A DNA stretch of 64,000 bases, taken from positions 868,001 through 932,000 of the forward strand of contig CM039008.1 in the NCBI GenBank assembly GCA_017499595.2, read 5' to 3'. Below are positions 11,379 through 25,869 of the stretch, piece by piece; position 1 is the stretch's first letter, and every line of letters begins with the position of its first letter. Below the pieces are notes generated by a model, which searched no databases, had not been told where the DNA came from, and was given only the letters and a program-made list of their open reading frames with translations. Source of the DNA: Psilocybe cubensis. Taxonomy: Eukaryota. Position numbers and translations under genes: made by a program.

Positions 11379-14133
11379 ATGTCGGACCTTCGGTGAGTTT
11401 TATGTGCTTCGATATCTACCTTGTCATGAACAAGCGTTCACGATCATCTCTATTATTTTTTGTTTTCAAATAGGAGTAACAATGCATCTAGAGGCGCGAC
11501 GACATCGACTGCAGGCAGTCAGAGAGGTGTAGCGTCGACAAGGACCCCTGTTGCACGTTCTCCCAGAGACGAAGGCCCTCCCCATCGGTCACAGACTGTT
11601 CCGAACCCTGTCCCAGCATCGGATTCTCGAAGACAACCAATATCTCAGACGAGCATGCCTGTTCCGGGTGCCACGACCTCGCAAAGGCAAAGAACCCCTT
11701 CCAATTCGAAATCCAAGGCGACTTCCTCTCGTCCTGAATTTCCTGAACCGAAGAGCTCTCTTGATGGCACGGGCTATATTGTCGAACCGTACCAATCGTC
11801 TCTGCCTAGATCCGACTCTAGAGAAAGAGGTCCTTCGAATCGCCTTGCCCCTCCATCCTCTATGCCAGCACCACAAGCCTTGTCGGACAGTACCAGGCAA
11901 AGCGTGTCCTCTTTTCAAACAGAACCAAGTTCCTATTATTCGGCAGAGGATGGAGTATCTTCTGTAGGACCTCCGATGCCTCAAGGGCCTCAGCCAATCA
12001 GGCAAAATACCGAAGGCGAATCGAATTCCAACAAATACGAGTCGCTTTGGCTTGCCTCTCAAAGCCAAGCGCCACCTATGCCAACACCGGACCTAAAGCA
12101 TCCACCTATGCCTACACCAGACCTAAATCATCCACCTATGCCAACTCCAAACTTGAACCATCCACCTATGCCAACGCCGAACGTTGCCCCTCCCCATATG
12201 CCATCGCCTCAGCACATGCCATCTCCACAACGTTTTGGCAACAACGATAATGACAGAGATTTTGAGGAATATGATGAAGACCTTGAGGGGAGCAGTGCCG
12301 GAAACGATTTCGAAGCGCTAAATTATGCATCTGAACCCGTTCTATCTAGTGGAAATCTAGAAATGCACGATTCTTCTGCTTCACCAAAGGATCGTTATGA
12401 TTCATCTTGGTTGGCTGAGCCATCTCCTGGTATGCCTGTCGCGACCACTGGACATCCAACATCTACCTCTACTTCGACCAAGCCGACCACATCTTCTTTC
12501 AGCGTTGACTCAGGCTCGAGGCCCACCCAAGGCGGTACACGGACAGAATATTCGAACTTGAGCCACAGTCCTTCTACTGGATCAAAGCCAAGCGCCCCTG
12601 TGGCGGCAGTACCGGGCACTGCGCCTCTTCGAATCCATCACCATCCGCGACCAGCAGCAATTGTCAAGCCACCTACCCCTGACGCTTCCTCTGCCACCCC
12701 TGAACCAACGAAGCCGCCCTCCAACCAGCAACCCCAGAATCAACCTCACTCTCTTTCACAACAAACAGTCCCTCCACGAGTCAACTTCCATTCACAACAA
12801 AGTTCGGCTTCCTCCTATAGTTCGACTTCTAGACCCACCAATGAGCGACCCCCAGTCAGCCCGACACCTCACAAAACGGGTTCAAGCTACGAGGCACGCC
12901 CTCCTGGTGCATCTGCGCCCAGCATTCCATCTGGCGCAAGTGCGACAATCAATCCTCATATTCCAGTTAAGCAGAATACTACTACGGTCAGGCCAGGGAA
13001 GACCCAAGCCACTGTGACCCCCACTGTTTCTTCTTCCGCTACCGCAGCGCCCCCCGTTAAGCCAACGACTACCGCCGCACCTTCACACTCTTCAACTTCG
13101 ACACCCTCACAGCAAAAACCTCCCCAGACGGTGTCCATCAGTAACCCTTACAAACCTACTGTGTCGTCCAATTTGTCACATAATAAATTGAGCACACATG
13201 TACCTCAAAGCCAAGGCCAGAAACCATCACCATCCACGACGACGACAACGGCTACAGCTACCGCGCGCCCACAGGTCCATGTACAGGAGTCGACCAGACC
13301 TCCTACTGTCAGCTCGTCACAAGTCCAACACCAACCTTCGATGTCTGCTTCATCGGAAAGCAAACATCAGGCCAAAGTCCATGAGGCAGCGGCGGCCGTT
13401 GCGGCTGGCCCAACGCGCCCGCGCCTGAGTGGGAACCCGAGCCAGATGGACACGCAGTACGTGAACATGCTGCTCGCGCTGGACGACATTCCCGCCCTGT
13501 ACAACCTCCTTGCGGGGTTCTTTACCTGGATCTTGTTGGCTGGTTTCATCTTGTTCCCGGGTACCTTTACGAGCTTGCAGAGCATCAATAATACGTCCGG
13601 TGTTCCGGGACAGGTGCAGCAAGAGTTGGTCAAGGCCATTGCCCATTTACCCCTGTATGTGTTGTTTGACTGTGTGAGGGACTGCATACTGATTGTTTCT
13701 AGATTCGTTGTTGCCTGGGTTTGCACTGCGGTGGGTGTGTTTGGTATGTGTTGGTTGTGGTGGAGGTGGAGGAAAAATTATATCTGGGGTTTGAACAAGA
13801 TTTTCCTGTATGTTCGACATTCATTATGGCGTAAACTGTGCTGATATCACGTCCAGGCCGGGATTCCTGAATTCGCTGGCGGGTCTGCTTTCAACCATCG
13901 CCAGCGTTTTTGGTGTACAGGATGGGCAGCTTGTGACATCAAGTAAAGCTACGATCATCGTCACTGCTTCATGTACGGGTGTTCTTGGGATTTTGACCGG
14001 GTTTTACAGTCTGTGGCTGGTGCGTAGAGTCAAGGCACGTCATGATAGAGAGGTCGGGAAGGAGCGAGCTGGTAAATATGGCGAGGGTGTCGTTGATCTA
14101 TCGAAGAGGAAGGTCAATGGATCGCAAGCGTAG
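11379..14133 (+). CDS. Uncharacterised fungal membrane protein: ~660-aa disordered Pro/Ser/Thr-rich N-terminus plus C-terminal ~4-TM domain
   Basis: ATG 11379 micro-exon (MSDLR), intron 11393-11472, long ORF to 13844 region; TM domain DDIPALYNLLAGFFTWILLAGFILFPGTFTSL...PGFLNSLAGLLSTI; two further introns. Confidence 0.85.
12072..12230 (+). repeat. Coding tandem repeat: 4 x 30 bp (PPMPTP[D/N]L[K/N]H) followed by 2 x 18 bp (HMPSPQ)
   Basis: CCACCTATGCC recurs at 12072, 12102, 12132, 12162. Confidence 0.9.
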
Positions 14134-14614
14134 GACAGATATTTGCTATATAATCTTGGTTCCCTTGTACACTTTTTTGCTTTGTTGTTTGGGGTACTTT
14201 TTTTGTCCGCCAAACCTGAGATGCCTAGTCATGAACCCGTAGATGTGCCTTGTGAAGAAAAAAAAGTTCAACACCATTAAAGTCCTTGACCACATCCATA
14301 TCACGGTTCAGAAGTTCGTGTTCAGATTTCTGGAGAACAGGTCGAGGTTGGGTTCAGAAATTGCCTACGACGCGTCCGGACGGGTGACGCGCTTCGTGGA
14401 AAAATACGAGCGGACCTTGAAAATTTCCCGCAAGCTCTTCCGAGCGCTATCCTCAACGCCAACGGTGCAGAAAACACCCGTCGTCGCCGTTGCAAACGGT
14501 CAGCTCGAAGGCGGTGCTACTTGGTGTTTTTAAAGATTCCTTCTTACGCTCCCTGACGATACCCGCCACCTCCAATATTTTCTCTGTTTTCGCCCACAAC
14601 ACTCAAAATAAACC

Positions 14615-16026
14615 ATGCGCAACAAAAACCCTCTCAACCTTCACAAGTCGCTCCCTTGCATGGTATGAATACCGTGCTGTGCATATTTCATTGAAATTTC
14701 GACTTATGCTGGTATACGTACCACTTCCCAGAGCTGGTCTCCAAAAAACTTGTACAATGTTTGGAGACGAACAGTTGGACCTGAATCAGAAGACCTCACG
14801 TTCAAAGCCACCACAGAGCAGACGCTGTTCCAACAGAGATGGCGTTCGAAGGCTGCTGTGCGCGCATACCACGGAGAATATATCCCTGAAAAGGTTTTCA
14901 AACGATGGTACCTTCCCGACACCATACCCGATGTGCGTCCCCGTCGACAGGTTATTGGAGATGATAAAACGGACTTGGAGCATTACGCCAAACGGAAGAC
15001 AAGGGTGAAAGAACAGGAAAAGAAATTGGAGGAGGAAATTGAGAAGAAGGGTCTTGCTCCAGTCGGAAGCTTGATGTTCAGAGAGGTTGAGAGGAGGATG
15101 GACGTGTTCCTGTTCAGATGCTGTTTTGTGCACAGTGTGTACGAGGCGCGAAGGCTGATTATTCACGGCTACGTGAAGCTCAATGGGAAAAAGGTGAAGT
15201 TGCCATTGCATGCATCCTCCATCGCCATTCTAACGCGTTTTTTGGTCTTTCCTTTCTCTTTGATATATAGCACTCCCATGCCAACACGCGACTAGCCCCG
15301 GGGGACATGGTGTCGGTTGATCCTACTGCTATTCGATTCCTCAAAACGCCATACGGTGCTATGGAGCGTATTACTGGACCTGTACCTAAAACTGCTAAAC
15401 CCGCCGCCCAAAGTGAAGCCTCAGAATCTGATGCTGCGAAATCAGAGGAGGATCAGACCACCAAGTCAGAAGAAACTGAGGCAACTAAAGGAGAGGATGC
15501 TGCGACCAAAGCAGTGGCTAAAACCGAGGAACCGTACGTTCCATACTACAAACGCCCTCCTACGCCATTCTACCTTCCCGAATATGCCTCCCCTTGGCTC
15601 TTCATTCCCGCCTACATCGAAGTGTCCTTCAAGACATGCTCTGCTATCTATGTGCGCCATCCCACCGCACGACCAGGTTACTCTGAAATCCCTACTCCTT
15701 ACGATGCCGACGGCGCTGTCATTCGATATGCCTGGGAGTGGTACGTGCAACGCCGACCACGCATGAGGTCCCAGAGTCAACGCGCTCGTATGCCAATGGA
15801 CAGAGTCGTTGAGCTCGAGAAATCCCTGAACAAGGACCGACGTGCGTTCACCTTCAGCAAGGAGCTTTACGAGAAGAGCAAGATCAGTTGGAGACATGAA
15901 CTTCCTCAAGGGTTTAATGCAGAGGAGTGGCTGAAGACCCATGCCAATAGGCGGTGGGTACAATACTGGGCGAAGAAACAGGAGAAGCTGCGCTCATCAC
16001 AGCCAGCAAAACGGGTTCGAGCATAA
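14615..16026 (+). CDS. NAM9: Mitochondrial small ribosomal subunit protein uS4m
   Basis: [43 protein letters not shown]4 domain [54 protein letters not shown]; 2 introns. Confidence 0.92.
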
Positions 16027-16504
16027 TGATGTATCTAACGACTCTTGTGTTCAGGTACTTAATTGCTAACGTAGATTCCTGTGATTTAAAAGTACCACCT
16101 CTCCATGTTTACTTACTACAGTATTTATTACCGCTCTAATGGAAGGAGTTGCTAATTTTCCATATTACAAACGCGCCTTTATTACTTATATATTAACGAT
16201 ATGGTCTGAATTCGTTGACGTCTATTTGGTTCTCCGCAATTTCGACAGGTCCGCCCACTGAAGCTTGGACCTTCTGCACCTGTTAAGGCTTTGGTAGACT
16301 AACTTTTCCTTTGGCGTGAATTGAATATGCGAAAAGGCGGGCAAAAGCGAAGCGTTGCCTGACTTGTACATTTTAGCAATAAAATTGACCGTGAGAACGT
16401 GGAATGTAATAGTACTGCGCAGGGCTCAAGCACCCGCATCTTGCGTTCAAACCACATCGCCGTGTTCAACTCGTGTCTTCTTTTTAACGATTCCTACTAC
16501 GACG

Positions 16505-16947
16505 ATGTCGGCAACAACGACCACGACTACTCACCTTCCTCCCCCGAAGCCAAATCACGCTTTTACACGAAAGCCAGAGTCCAAAGTCGGGCAATTCTTT
16601 TGGCGCCGTCGGATGTGGTTCGAGTCGACATTTGTCCTTTCCATGCTCGAACCTTGGGAGAAAATTCTTCTACGTATGTCTTACAAACATCTGTTGCAAT
16701 AGGGTACCATGCTTTAACTGATTCGTCGAACAATGTAGTGTCGGTATTGGCACTGTTGTTCCTATTGCTCTCCTCTGCCATCCTCAAATACATGCCACAC
16801 CACCTGTTGTTCCTACGAAGGCGTGCAATGTACTATTTATGGGGTCAGGAAGGGGATGAAAGGATTTTATGGCAGTGGTTAGGATTGACCGCTAATGAAG
16901 GGAGCTCTGCCGTGGCAGGCGTGTTCGGTGCACATAAAGAGCTATGA
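16505..16947 (+). CDS. Serine palmitoyltransferase small subunit-like protein (ssSPT family)
   Basis: WFESTFVLSMLEPWEKILL motif, TM segment, KYMPHHL; one intron. Confidence 0.85.
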
Positions 16948-18529
16948 ATACGGCATGGTTCCACTATCAAATCCATTTTATGAATGTGCGTATCTTCATG
17001 TACTTTTCAACATGCATATCAGCTCTGACATATAGGTTCTCAGATGCACCCAACCCCTAGAAGATAGAAAACGCCAGCGTACTAATCTACAGTGCGTCAC
17101 GACTTACGCACATCACCTACCGTTTTTATCTGCTTCAATTATGTCTTTGGAACTTGTATCTGTGCTATATACCTTATAATCTTACTTTCTATCACCCGGT
17201 TTTTTGATCCAGGCTTTTGAGGATTTTCAACACCCCAGCTCCTGACAAACTAGAACAAACCGGAAACACACTGCACATCAACTCTTCCACAGTTCAACAT
17301 CTTTCCTTTAGTATCCTGACAGGTGGATGCCGAGCAGAATGGAATTGATTCCTGTCACCTATTCCCCCCTGGAACCGTCATCAGTGAAGCTGCGCAGCAC
17401 ACATACAGGGCCATTGCCGTCGAAACTTCGATGCTTCGGTACACTTTGTTTTGTGAAACGTTTCCATCTTTGCGGCAGGTCTAACCAAAGGCCGGCAGCC
17501 AGCTCTACTTAGCTGGCTTGTTTGCTGACAACACGGCTTGAAATGTAGCGGGACAAATGATACGCGTGGTATATCTCCGCTTGTGCTATGCCCGCTGAAG
17601 CAGTGTAATCCGGCGACAGTCAGGATACAAAGCTTATTTCCTCTTCCATGTGTAAGCACCTCGAAGTGAGTTATCGAAATCTCCGATATTTGCAGTCAGT
17701 AAACCCTACTCGTCATTTATTTAGAGATTACGTGTGCGTTCTAGCGAACAATGCATTTACTCTTTTGTGTTCAAATTTCTATCTGTGGGCCGAAATAATT
17801 ATATTGAGTCTCACAGGATGCCCTGTTTCCATTGATAACTCACCTGGTTTTTCGTTTCTTGTTCAGGAATTTACGATCTTGCGCCTGTATGATGCGTGGC
17901 GAGGATCGCTCAGAGTCGTCTCTCGTTGCCTTTGAACCCTCAGTCCTATATGACTTATTGAAGAGACATTCCCCAAGGCCGTGAAATTCACAAGGACTGT
18001 CTGGTTGTCGGAATTCTGGACTAACCTAATGCGAATAAAGGAAGCGTAATACAAGCAAGCCTGGAATCTCGTGCTCCTCTTGTTCCAGAAAATTTGCGAA
18101 AAATGCATCATCGTGCTTCTTTGGCGTTCTACTATCACCAACCTTGGACGAATTCTCACATCGGATGACCGTGCGTGCGAGATAAGATGGTGCGGTAATC
18201 TGATAAGACTCATCGTTATCAGATAACTCCTCGGCTGCTTTCTTCTCATGCCATCTCGTGGCTGTTTTTGAGGGTCCCAATAACCTTCTTTGCTCTATAA
18301 ATAGTGTAAAAGTTCAAGCAAAGCCAGGAGATCCGATGTGTTCCTGCTGGGGTCCCATAAGCTTGAAGGATTTCAAGGCCTCATTTCATCTATCTACCGT
18401 CTCCGAATCGGTTTGACAGCTCAGCAGGGCACCCTTTTCCCACCTCCGAACCTGGAGAAGACTTAAAAGGTCCCTCGCGTAGAGGTCGCTTCATTGCATA
18501 AACCTCTGCTTCTAGTGTAAAACGCAGCC

Positions 18530-21085
18530 ATGGATCTCTCTCCTCTAAATGCTTCCTTTAGCGCTCCTGGCATCGTTGCTTCCCGGGCAGTCGATCCAGA
18601 CAAGGCCATTCGCGTTCCGCGCTTTTTTTCTTATCCCAAACAAGTCTTGTATCTGGTTGCTAGCTTCATAGCCCTCGTCTCGCTTTCCCACTTCATCTCT
18701 TTGGCCTATCGGTATGCCATTAGGAACAGGGTGTACTCGAGTCCTCGGCGGCCTTCTCCCTTTCGTCGTTTCCCAATAGCTGTCATTGATTCTTTGAGGG
18801 CGATTGCATTTCGATGGACAGTTCCGATCGGTGCTTCGTACACTCTCAATCTGGCTGAGGTAGGGATGACCCTGGGATACACTGGAGTACTTTTGTCGTG
18901 GACGTTTGTGAATAGTAATGCGGTTCATACTACCTCCCCATTGGCCATTTAATGATGTAATTTCCTGCTCAGCGACAACAACTTTGGGTGTCAAAGTCGA
19001 ACCACACTACTACGCCAATAGGGCGGCTACTATAGCCGCGTCTCAGCTTCCGATCATGACCGCCCTTGGAATGCGGAACAATATCATTTCTTGTGAGTTA
19101 ATGTACTTGATGTACACCCATTACTTTCTAACTTCAGCAATGATCTATCAGGGCTGACCGGTATAAGTTTCGACAAGGTAATTCATCCCATCTTTTACCA
19201 ACATGCTAGTTTACTAACGTTGATGTTATAACGTTATCTAGTTGAATTATTTGCATCGCCTTTCCGCTAGAGTTATATGCATCTTGGTGTGGATACATGC
19301 AGGAGGGAGAGTGAGTTTGTTCTTCCTGTATTTCTACCCTTTGATGATATTTAATGAATATTGTTTTTAGATCACAATTGGGTCGGTCAATGATCAAACC
19401 CTCCTTATATTATATTAATCCTGAACTTGATATCGATTGTAGCCTTCTGGATGATGAAGCGATTGTAAACCGCTGGGTACAATGTGGAGTCCTAGCTGGG
19501 ACTACTCTCACCTTATTGTGCATTCTCACGCTCCGCCCAGTTCGCGAAAGGAATTATGAGCTCTTTCTCATTATCCACTTCATTTTTGTATTGTGAGTGC
19601 CTCGACTTTTAGATGACATGTATAGCTTTGTTGACGACTATGTACAGTATGTTCCTCCTCGCTATCTATTTTCATCTCACAGGTCGAGTGTAAGCTCATG
19701 ATTTTTTACCACGCCTTGGAAACGGCACTAAGTGCATCATCCCCAGTTTGACCTACTACGGAGCATGGCCATCGATGATTATCTGGGGTCTGGACCGCTT
19801 CCTGCGTCTTGTCAACCTTACGGTATTCAATTTTGGATATCTCAATCCATGGTCCAAAACATCCAGAGATTTGGACGCGTCTGTTGAAGTTCTCTCGCCC
19901 CGCTTCTTAAAAGTGACAGTCTACCGTTCAAAACATTTCCACTGGCGCCCAGGGCAAAGCGCATATTTGACGTTCCCGTCGATTTCTACTTTTCCATTCC
20001 AGTCTCATCCATTCACGATATCAACGATTGAAAGTGACGCATCCGTGCCTCACCAAAAATTGACATTCTTTATACGTGTTCGTGCTGGGTTCACAAAAAC
20101 TCTGATGCAAACAGCTTCGTCAGACTCGACGTATAAAGTGTTTATCAACGGGCCTTATAGTTCCCCTCCTCTACTTATGGGATTTCAAAGCGTGATTCTG
20201 ATTGCAGGTTTGTTTTTCGGCTGCTTAAATCATGTCATGAGTTGTTCCATTTCGAATGCTGATCGAAACCTTTATACATAGGTGGCTCTGGTATCGCGTT
20301 TACACTTCCTCTTCTGTTGGACGTGCTCAGGTACATTTTGCGCATTTGTTTCGTTTGTTCATTTTCTGAGTGAAGCTATCTTCACTTATATGTCGGTATA
20401 GCCGAGCTAAGCGCAATCAACATGTGTGCCAAAAGGTGACATTCATATGGGCGATACGAGACACAGGTAAGAATAATAGTTTTCCCGATATTCTTGCCCT
20501 TTTTGACAACAGCATAGACCAGCTTAAGTGGATTGAGGAAGAACTCCTATCATCATTAGAGGACTTACCCGAGTCTATATCGATTTCTTTGCAATTCTTT
20601 ATCACTAGCGTCCTCGAAAACCCACAACAACAAAGCTGGCAGGCTGAATCAACATCAGATGTAAATGACCACCATGTCGTTGAGGTTAAAACACCCTCCA
20701 GCTCTAGTTCACACTCTGGTTCAAAGATATTAGATTTGTCCTGTTCCAAGCTAGAGCATGGCCGGCCTGACCTTACCACCATAATTAAGGATGAGATTGC
20801 CATTGGAACCGGACCAATATCTATAAACGGTGAGTGAATTCAATACTCTGCCCCTTCTGGCCGTTTTGGACTGAGTAAAGAGGCTGATCATTTCCATTAA
20901 GTCTGCGGCACAGACACCTTGTCGGATACTGTTAGGAAGGCTATTAGAAACCCAAGGCCCGCAGATATTCTCCGTGGGGGACCAAGTGTTACGCTCCATG
21001 TTGAAGCTTTTGGAGGATCAGTAAGTCAATGAAAATGTATACTCCTAACGCCTCGACCTGACTCAACTAACCCTAAAAGCAGTGA
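18530..21085 (+). CDS. Ferric/cupric reductase (FRE/NOX-like flavocytochrome b)
   Basis: LGMRNNIIS-LTGISFDKLNYLHR, heme His pairs (YLHR..WIHAG; IIHF..YFHL), FAD motif HPFT, NADPH motifs GPYS and AGGSG, C-terminal CG; ~12 introns. Confidence 0.92.
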
Positions 21086-22527
21086 AGCCATTTTCTTTAC
21101 ATACGTCTAATCATAAATATATAGACAGCATTTGTCTACTTAGAAAACTTGACTCAATGTTGACTTTTTGATTACTTCATTGACGATATGCGCTGTTAAT
21201 CAAGTCGCATCAGAAGAAGACTATCGCCCGACGCCGCGACGCGTGATTGTGTGGCTTGTTTTGGCATTCCTTTTCGGTGGAAAGCCATTCTGATGGAATG
21301 GCGCTTAACAAATGGCATCTTTGTTTTGACTTCGGGGTAGGGATCTTTATAACGGTATAAGCCTATAGTACCCCTGTTGTGATGGGCTATCACATTGGTT
21401 GTTCTCCTACGATATGGACACTCGATGCTCTCCTTCATGCGTCCTCTTTCCTAGGCGGCAAGACGGGAGAATAGCTCTGCCCTTTCCAATACCTTCAGGA
21501 GGCAGCAGCTCATCGGTGTCGCGTGCAAAATCGTATTGCCCATGTCACCACCAAGTCGATGGGGCACAACAGCTCGGTAACGTGGAACCATGTACATCGT
21601 CCCCAAGAGGTACCCAGTGCTATGCAAGTAGGCTCCACCGTCATTTCTTACAATGTTAATAGGTGCATTGGCTCAATTGAACATCGATAATACATCCACT
21701 GATATATACGGTGGCACCCCTCTGGAAGGTAACGTTGGACCCGCACAGAAATTCCACTGGGATTTATGAACATCTTACCCTTTAGAATGTTTGGGACCCA
21801 AGGTCAACACCGACGCACATCCAAAGGTCACTGTTACTACACTCCCGGACAATCCCTTTCGTTACTTTGATCAACGAAGTTTGATGACTGAGCGTGGAGG
21901 AATGAACCAAAAGAAATTCGTGACTAGGAAAAGAAAGCAGGCCTACATTATCAGCGGCTCCGAGTCTGTGCCGTCTCCGTTTAGGATATATACCCTAGTG
22001 AAATAGCTGCCATGTTTCTTGCAAGATTGGAAGTTGGTGCCTCAGAGCCTGTAGCCTTCTGGAAGGACTTGTGTCCACCCGGTCATTCCTTTCAACACAT
22101 CGACCATCTGCTCCTGTGCCGTTTATCATTGTGAGTTAATGGACCATGAGGGGCAAGTCACCCCTTAATCGCCTTGTCGGTAATTCGATAGGTAACTATG
22201 GAAGTGCTTCGATAGTGCTTCACGCTGTGCAGGCTACCGCTTTATTGCTATCTCAGCACAGCTGAATAGCACTTCCTCCCCCAGCTGAGATTTGGACAGC
22301 AACTTGAAGGGCAAGTATAATTTATTAAATTACAAAGTCATCAGTGTAATAAAACAATATGAACTCTGGATCAATGCTGCCAGGCTTCAGCCGTATAACA
22401 ATCATTTAAGCAGAAGACACATTGAGAGCAGGTTACTATGAGACACTACATTATGGCTTCTTAGTCTGAAAGGCAAGGTGTCCATAAAAGAGCTTAAAAA
22501 ATGCGCGTAGAAATTCAAAAACATTTA

Positions 22528-22609
22528 AGTCCCGACGGTGGTTCGAACACCGGACCCTGCGATAGAAGCTAGACTGCAATCGCATGCTATACCACTTAGC
22601 TATCGAGAC
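22528..22609 (-). tRNA. tRNA-Cys(GCA) with 10-nt intron
   Basis: Cloverleaf: acceptor GTCTCGA/TCGGGAC, D stem GCTA/TAGC, anticodon stem TGCGA/TCGCA with loop TT-GCA-G[TCTAGCTTCT]A, T arm CGGTG-TTCGAAC-CACCG, discriminator U73 typical of Cys. Confidence 0.93.
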
Positions 22610-22932
22610 CATACGTGTGGCTCGCTTGGAAGAAATATGATGCTATCATCCCAAAACATTGTTGCGAAACATTTCACCATGTACCATAGCGGGTGCGCAA
22701 TGGTCGAAGGAAAACCATGAGTACAAATTTAACAACCTTCTGAGAGTCCTGTTGAAGATAGACGAATTAGAATTGTAATTTAGCCACGGAGGATCAAGAA
22801 ATTTTGCAAATACTGATAACAAAAGCATAAGTTATAAACTTCGAAGGCGAGGAAGTACGATTATGAATATCTATAGTACCTTTCCATTCTTCTAATACAC
22901 AGAAAGTCCCCTATAAAAGAAAGGTTATTGAT

Positions 22933-25579
22933 TCAATCTGAGTCGATAGTGATATATTCAGCTTCCGTCTGCCCCTGCGGTAGTTCCGGCGTTGGCTCCG
23001 AAGGACCGAGATCATCATTCGGACCATCCATTAGAACCACACCGTCTTCCTCCAAGCGTCGTCTCTTGCTTGGACTTGAGCCGTCGTCCAGTTTCCGCTT
23101 TTTAGCCGAAGACCCGTTGGTTGTGCTTGTTCGACCTGGTCTAGGCTTTTTGGGGGTCGGAGCGAGATCAATCACACCATCCTCAGTTTCCACCGGTAGA
23201 GGCCGCTTCTGCGATGTTCGTGGCGGAGTTGATGGCTCAGGCGCAGGCTTGACTTTTGGCGGAGGTTTTGGCAAAGGTGAGGGAAGAATAAACGATGGGC
23301 CATCCACAGGGTGGTTGGGTCTGAAGACGAAAGAAATTAGTTGAACGGAATATTACCTCACCTAGGCAATAATGACGAGGAACATTACGCACGGAAGATT
23401 GCAGATAGCGATGGATATTGTGGCTTTTTCTCCATCTTCATCTACTATGGAAACAAATTTGCCTCGGGTAACATTAAGGCTCGCAAGAGTGCGATCCATA
23501 TTGTCATCCCAGTCTGGGTCGCTTAAAACACGCTTATCTTCATAAACGCTGACTTCTCTCCCATCATCATCCATGATGCCCTGGACGATGTCGCGAAGAG
23601 TCGTCCGTGAGGGATCACAGAGTACAGTTGCATAAGTATCCTTGCATACGCCGCACTGAGGGTTTGGTGGACTTAGGCGTATAGAGTTGAGGGGAACGGA
23701 TGGCTTTAGCTGGACGTGGACGTTCCGTAGCTGTCCATGGCTTTTTTTAAGAAGATGCAGAGCTTGAAGAACTATCAAACCTGAGATGATCGCGTTTGTT
23801 GTCGCAATTGCCGGAATGATATTTCCTGCCATCTCTGACAAATAAGGCCATGTCAATCATGGTCTGCAAGTGTTTGCAAATCAGCATACCTTTGACTTCC
23901 CAACGGGTCTTGGTTTCAATGCCGTAAGCGAAGGAACGAAGGTTTGAGGCGGCGGTGACAAAGTCGAGAGTGTCGTCATCGTCTTTATCGAATGTGATGG
24001 TCGTTTCCCCGTGCCGTAGGCGATCAGCCAAGCGGTCAGTACTGGAAGCCGTTAGAAACAAATATATGGATACGTAGACGCCTGTTACCTTGAAATGAAA
24101 AGTTCCAAATTGTCTTTTAAAGTTAGTGCGCGTTGGTCCTTCAGATGAGATGTGCCAGCACTGCCATTGGCGTAACCCTTTAAAGAGGGCGAATAATTGG
24201 TTCCACTACCGCTGGCAACGGCGCTTGATGAGGTGGTTCCATTGCCTTTTCCAATCGAGAATGTCTCGTCGAGTATGGCATCATAGTCAAGCGGAGTCGG
24301 CGGCGATCGCGACTTCCACATATCGGCCATGACAAGCAGGTTCTTGATATCGGCATTGAAAACCTAAACCACTTATCAGCAAGTCCTGCGTCGTATAAAT
24401 GGATAGGACATACTTTATCGAATGCTAACTTCGCAGCATTCGTCGCATTGCTATCTCGCAAAGAGTCTCTCACGACTCTAAAAGCCTGAGCTTCTTTTCT
24501 AAGCGCAGCGATCTCTTGTTCTGAAAAAAGAAGAAAAAATTCAAAATTGAATGAAAAATTGAAATAAATGACGAGGCTTACTGTTCTCTCCTTGCTTCTC
24601 GGCTTCATCCAATTCACCACCTGCGTCTTCATCCTCACCGAAGAGCTGCCTATGGGGGAGATTCTTAGACATTCATGATACAGAAACTTGCATTAGTCTC
24701 TTACCCCATGAGATAGCTCTTACTCCAAACAATGCAGTGGATGGGCTGACTTGGCGTCGACCGAATCGTACACACGGGAAATGTTTTTGGAGTGGGTTTT
24801 GGTATGCAATCAAAACATTCGGTTTCGTCCTAAGATATTCATTATTCAATCGGTATCATCTAGAGTAGCAGCACAAAAGCGTACCTTGAGGAGTGGTTGC
24901 ACTTGTCCAAGATATCCTGCTGTCCCTGACTCCACCAAAGGAACCCGTGCAGCCATACACATTTTGTTTACATGTCTACGAGCATCTGATGTCATTTTTG
25001 GAACGAAATGGTTTCCAAGTGGAACAAATCAATAACCAAGTAAAAAACATTGACGGACTCAACTTACCCAGATTGTCAAGAGCGTTCAAAACAATGTCGA
25101 ATTGTTGAAACCATTGAACATCATACTGAGGTTCTTTGATGTTGTCGTGAATTGGAGTTATGCGGACATTGGGATTAAATTGAGAGGCGGTTTGAGCAGC
25201 GACCTGATTCGTGGTTGGCGCGTCAGTAATGTGACGGAGTGTGGACAAGGGCTGTATATCGACGGACCGTGGCTTTGCTCTGCTTCACATCCTTCTTCTT
25301 GAACAGAAATTGACGATTTAAGTTAGAAATATCAATGGTATCCAGGTCGAGGAGTGTGATTTTTCCAAAGCCTGTTAGGACGATGTTTTTTACTAAGTTG
25401 GTAATGTTGTATTCAGCAACAAGCATTTACCAGATCATAAATATGTTGTGTTACTCACGTAGTTCACAGCCTATTCCACCCGCGCCAACTAGTAGTACAG
25501 AGGTGTTGGCAAGCTTGGAGAACAGCTCTGGGCCTAAGATTGCTTTCGCATGTGCGCTACGAGCTTTTGCTGTGGACAT
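22933..25579 (-). CDS. UBA2: SUMO-activating enzyme E1 subunit 2
   Basis: [60 protein letters not shown] (catalytic Cys), [36 protein letters not shown]. Confidence 0.95.
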
Positions 25580-25842
25580 TTTGAAGCCAGTTATCGTGTG
25601 TTGCTTTTAAATGATTTGGAAAATTTAATGCCTCTCTTTGAAATAAAGAAAGCTCTATAGTGGTCGAACGCTTGACGAGACACAGAGGCGAAATTATGGC
25701 GGTTATAGAGCTGCCGACGCGGTGTCACGTATACGCATAGTCACACAAATTACCACAGTGTCACATTCACCTACTGACGGTCTTACCACTTCTTTTCCTT
25801 CAACTTTCGTTGTTTGCCTTTACCTCGATGACAACACGCTCT

Positions 25843-25869
25843 ACGCGTTTTTACACGATATCGACGCGT
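25843..25869. promoter_or_regulatory. Two MCB-like (ACGCGT) sites upstream of RAD17 in the UBA2/RAD17 bidirectional promoter
   Basis: ACGCGT at 25843-25848 and 25864-25869; function inferred from yeast MBF biology. Confidence 0.4.

Noticed and set aside
17000..18500. Short ORFs upstream of the ferric reductase
   Set aside because: No homology cues or coherent splice pattern; treated as promoter/intergenic DNA
21196..22100. Short ORFs or pseudogene between ferric reductase and tRNA
   Set aside because: Frames tested contain stops and no recognisable motifs
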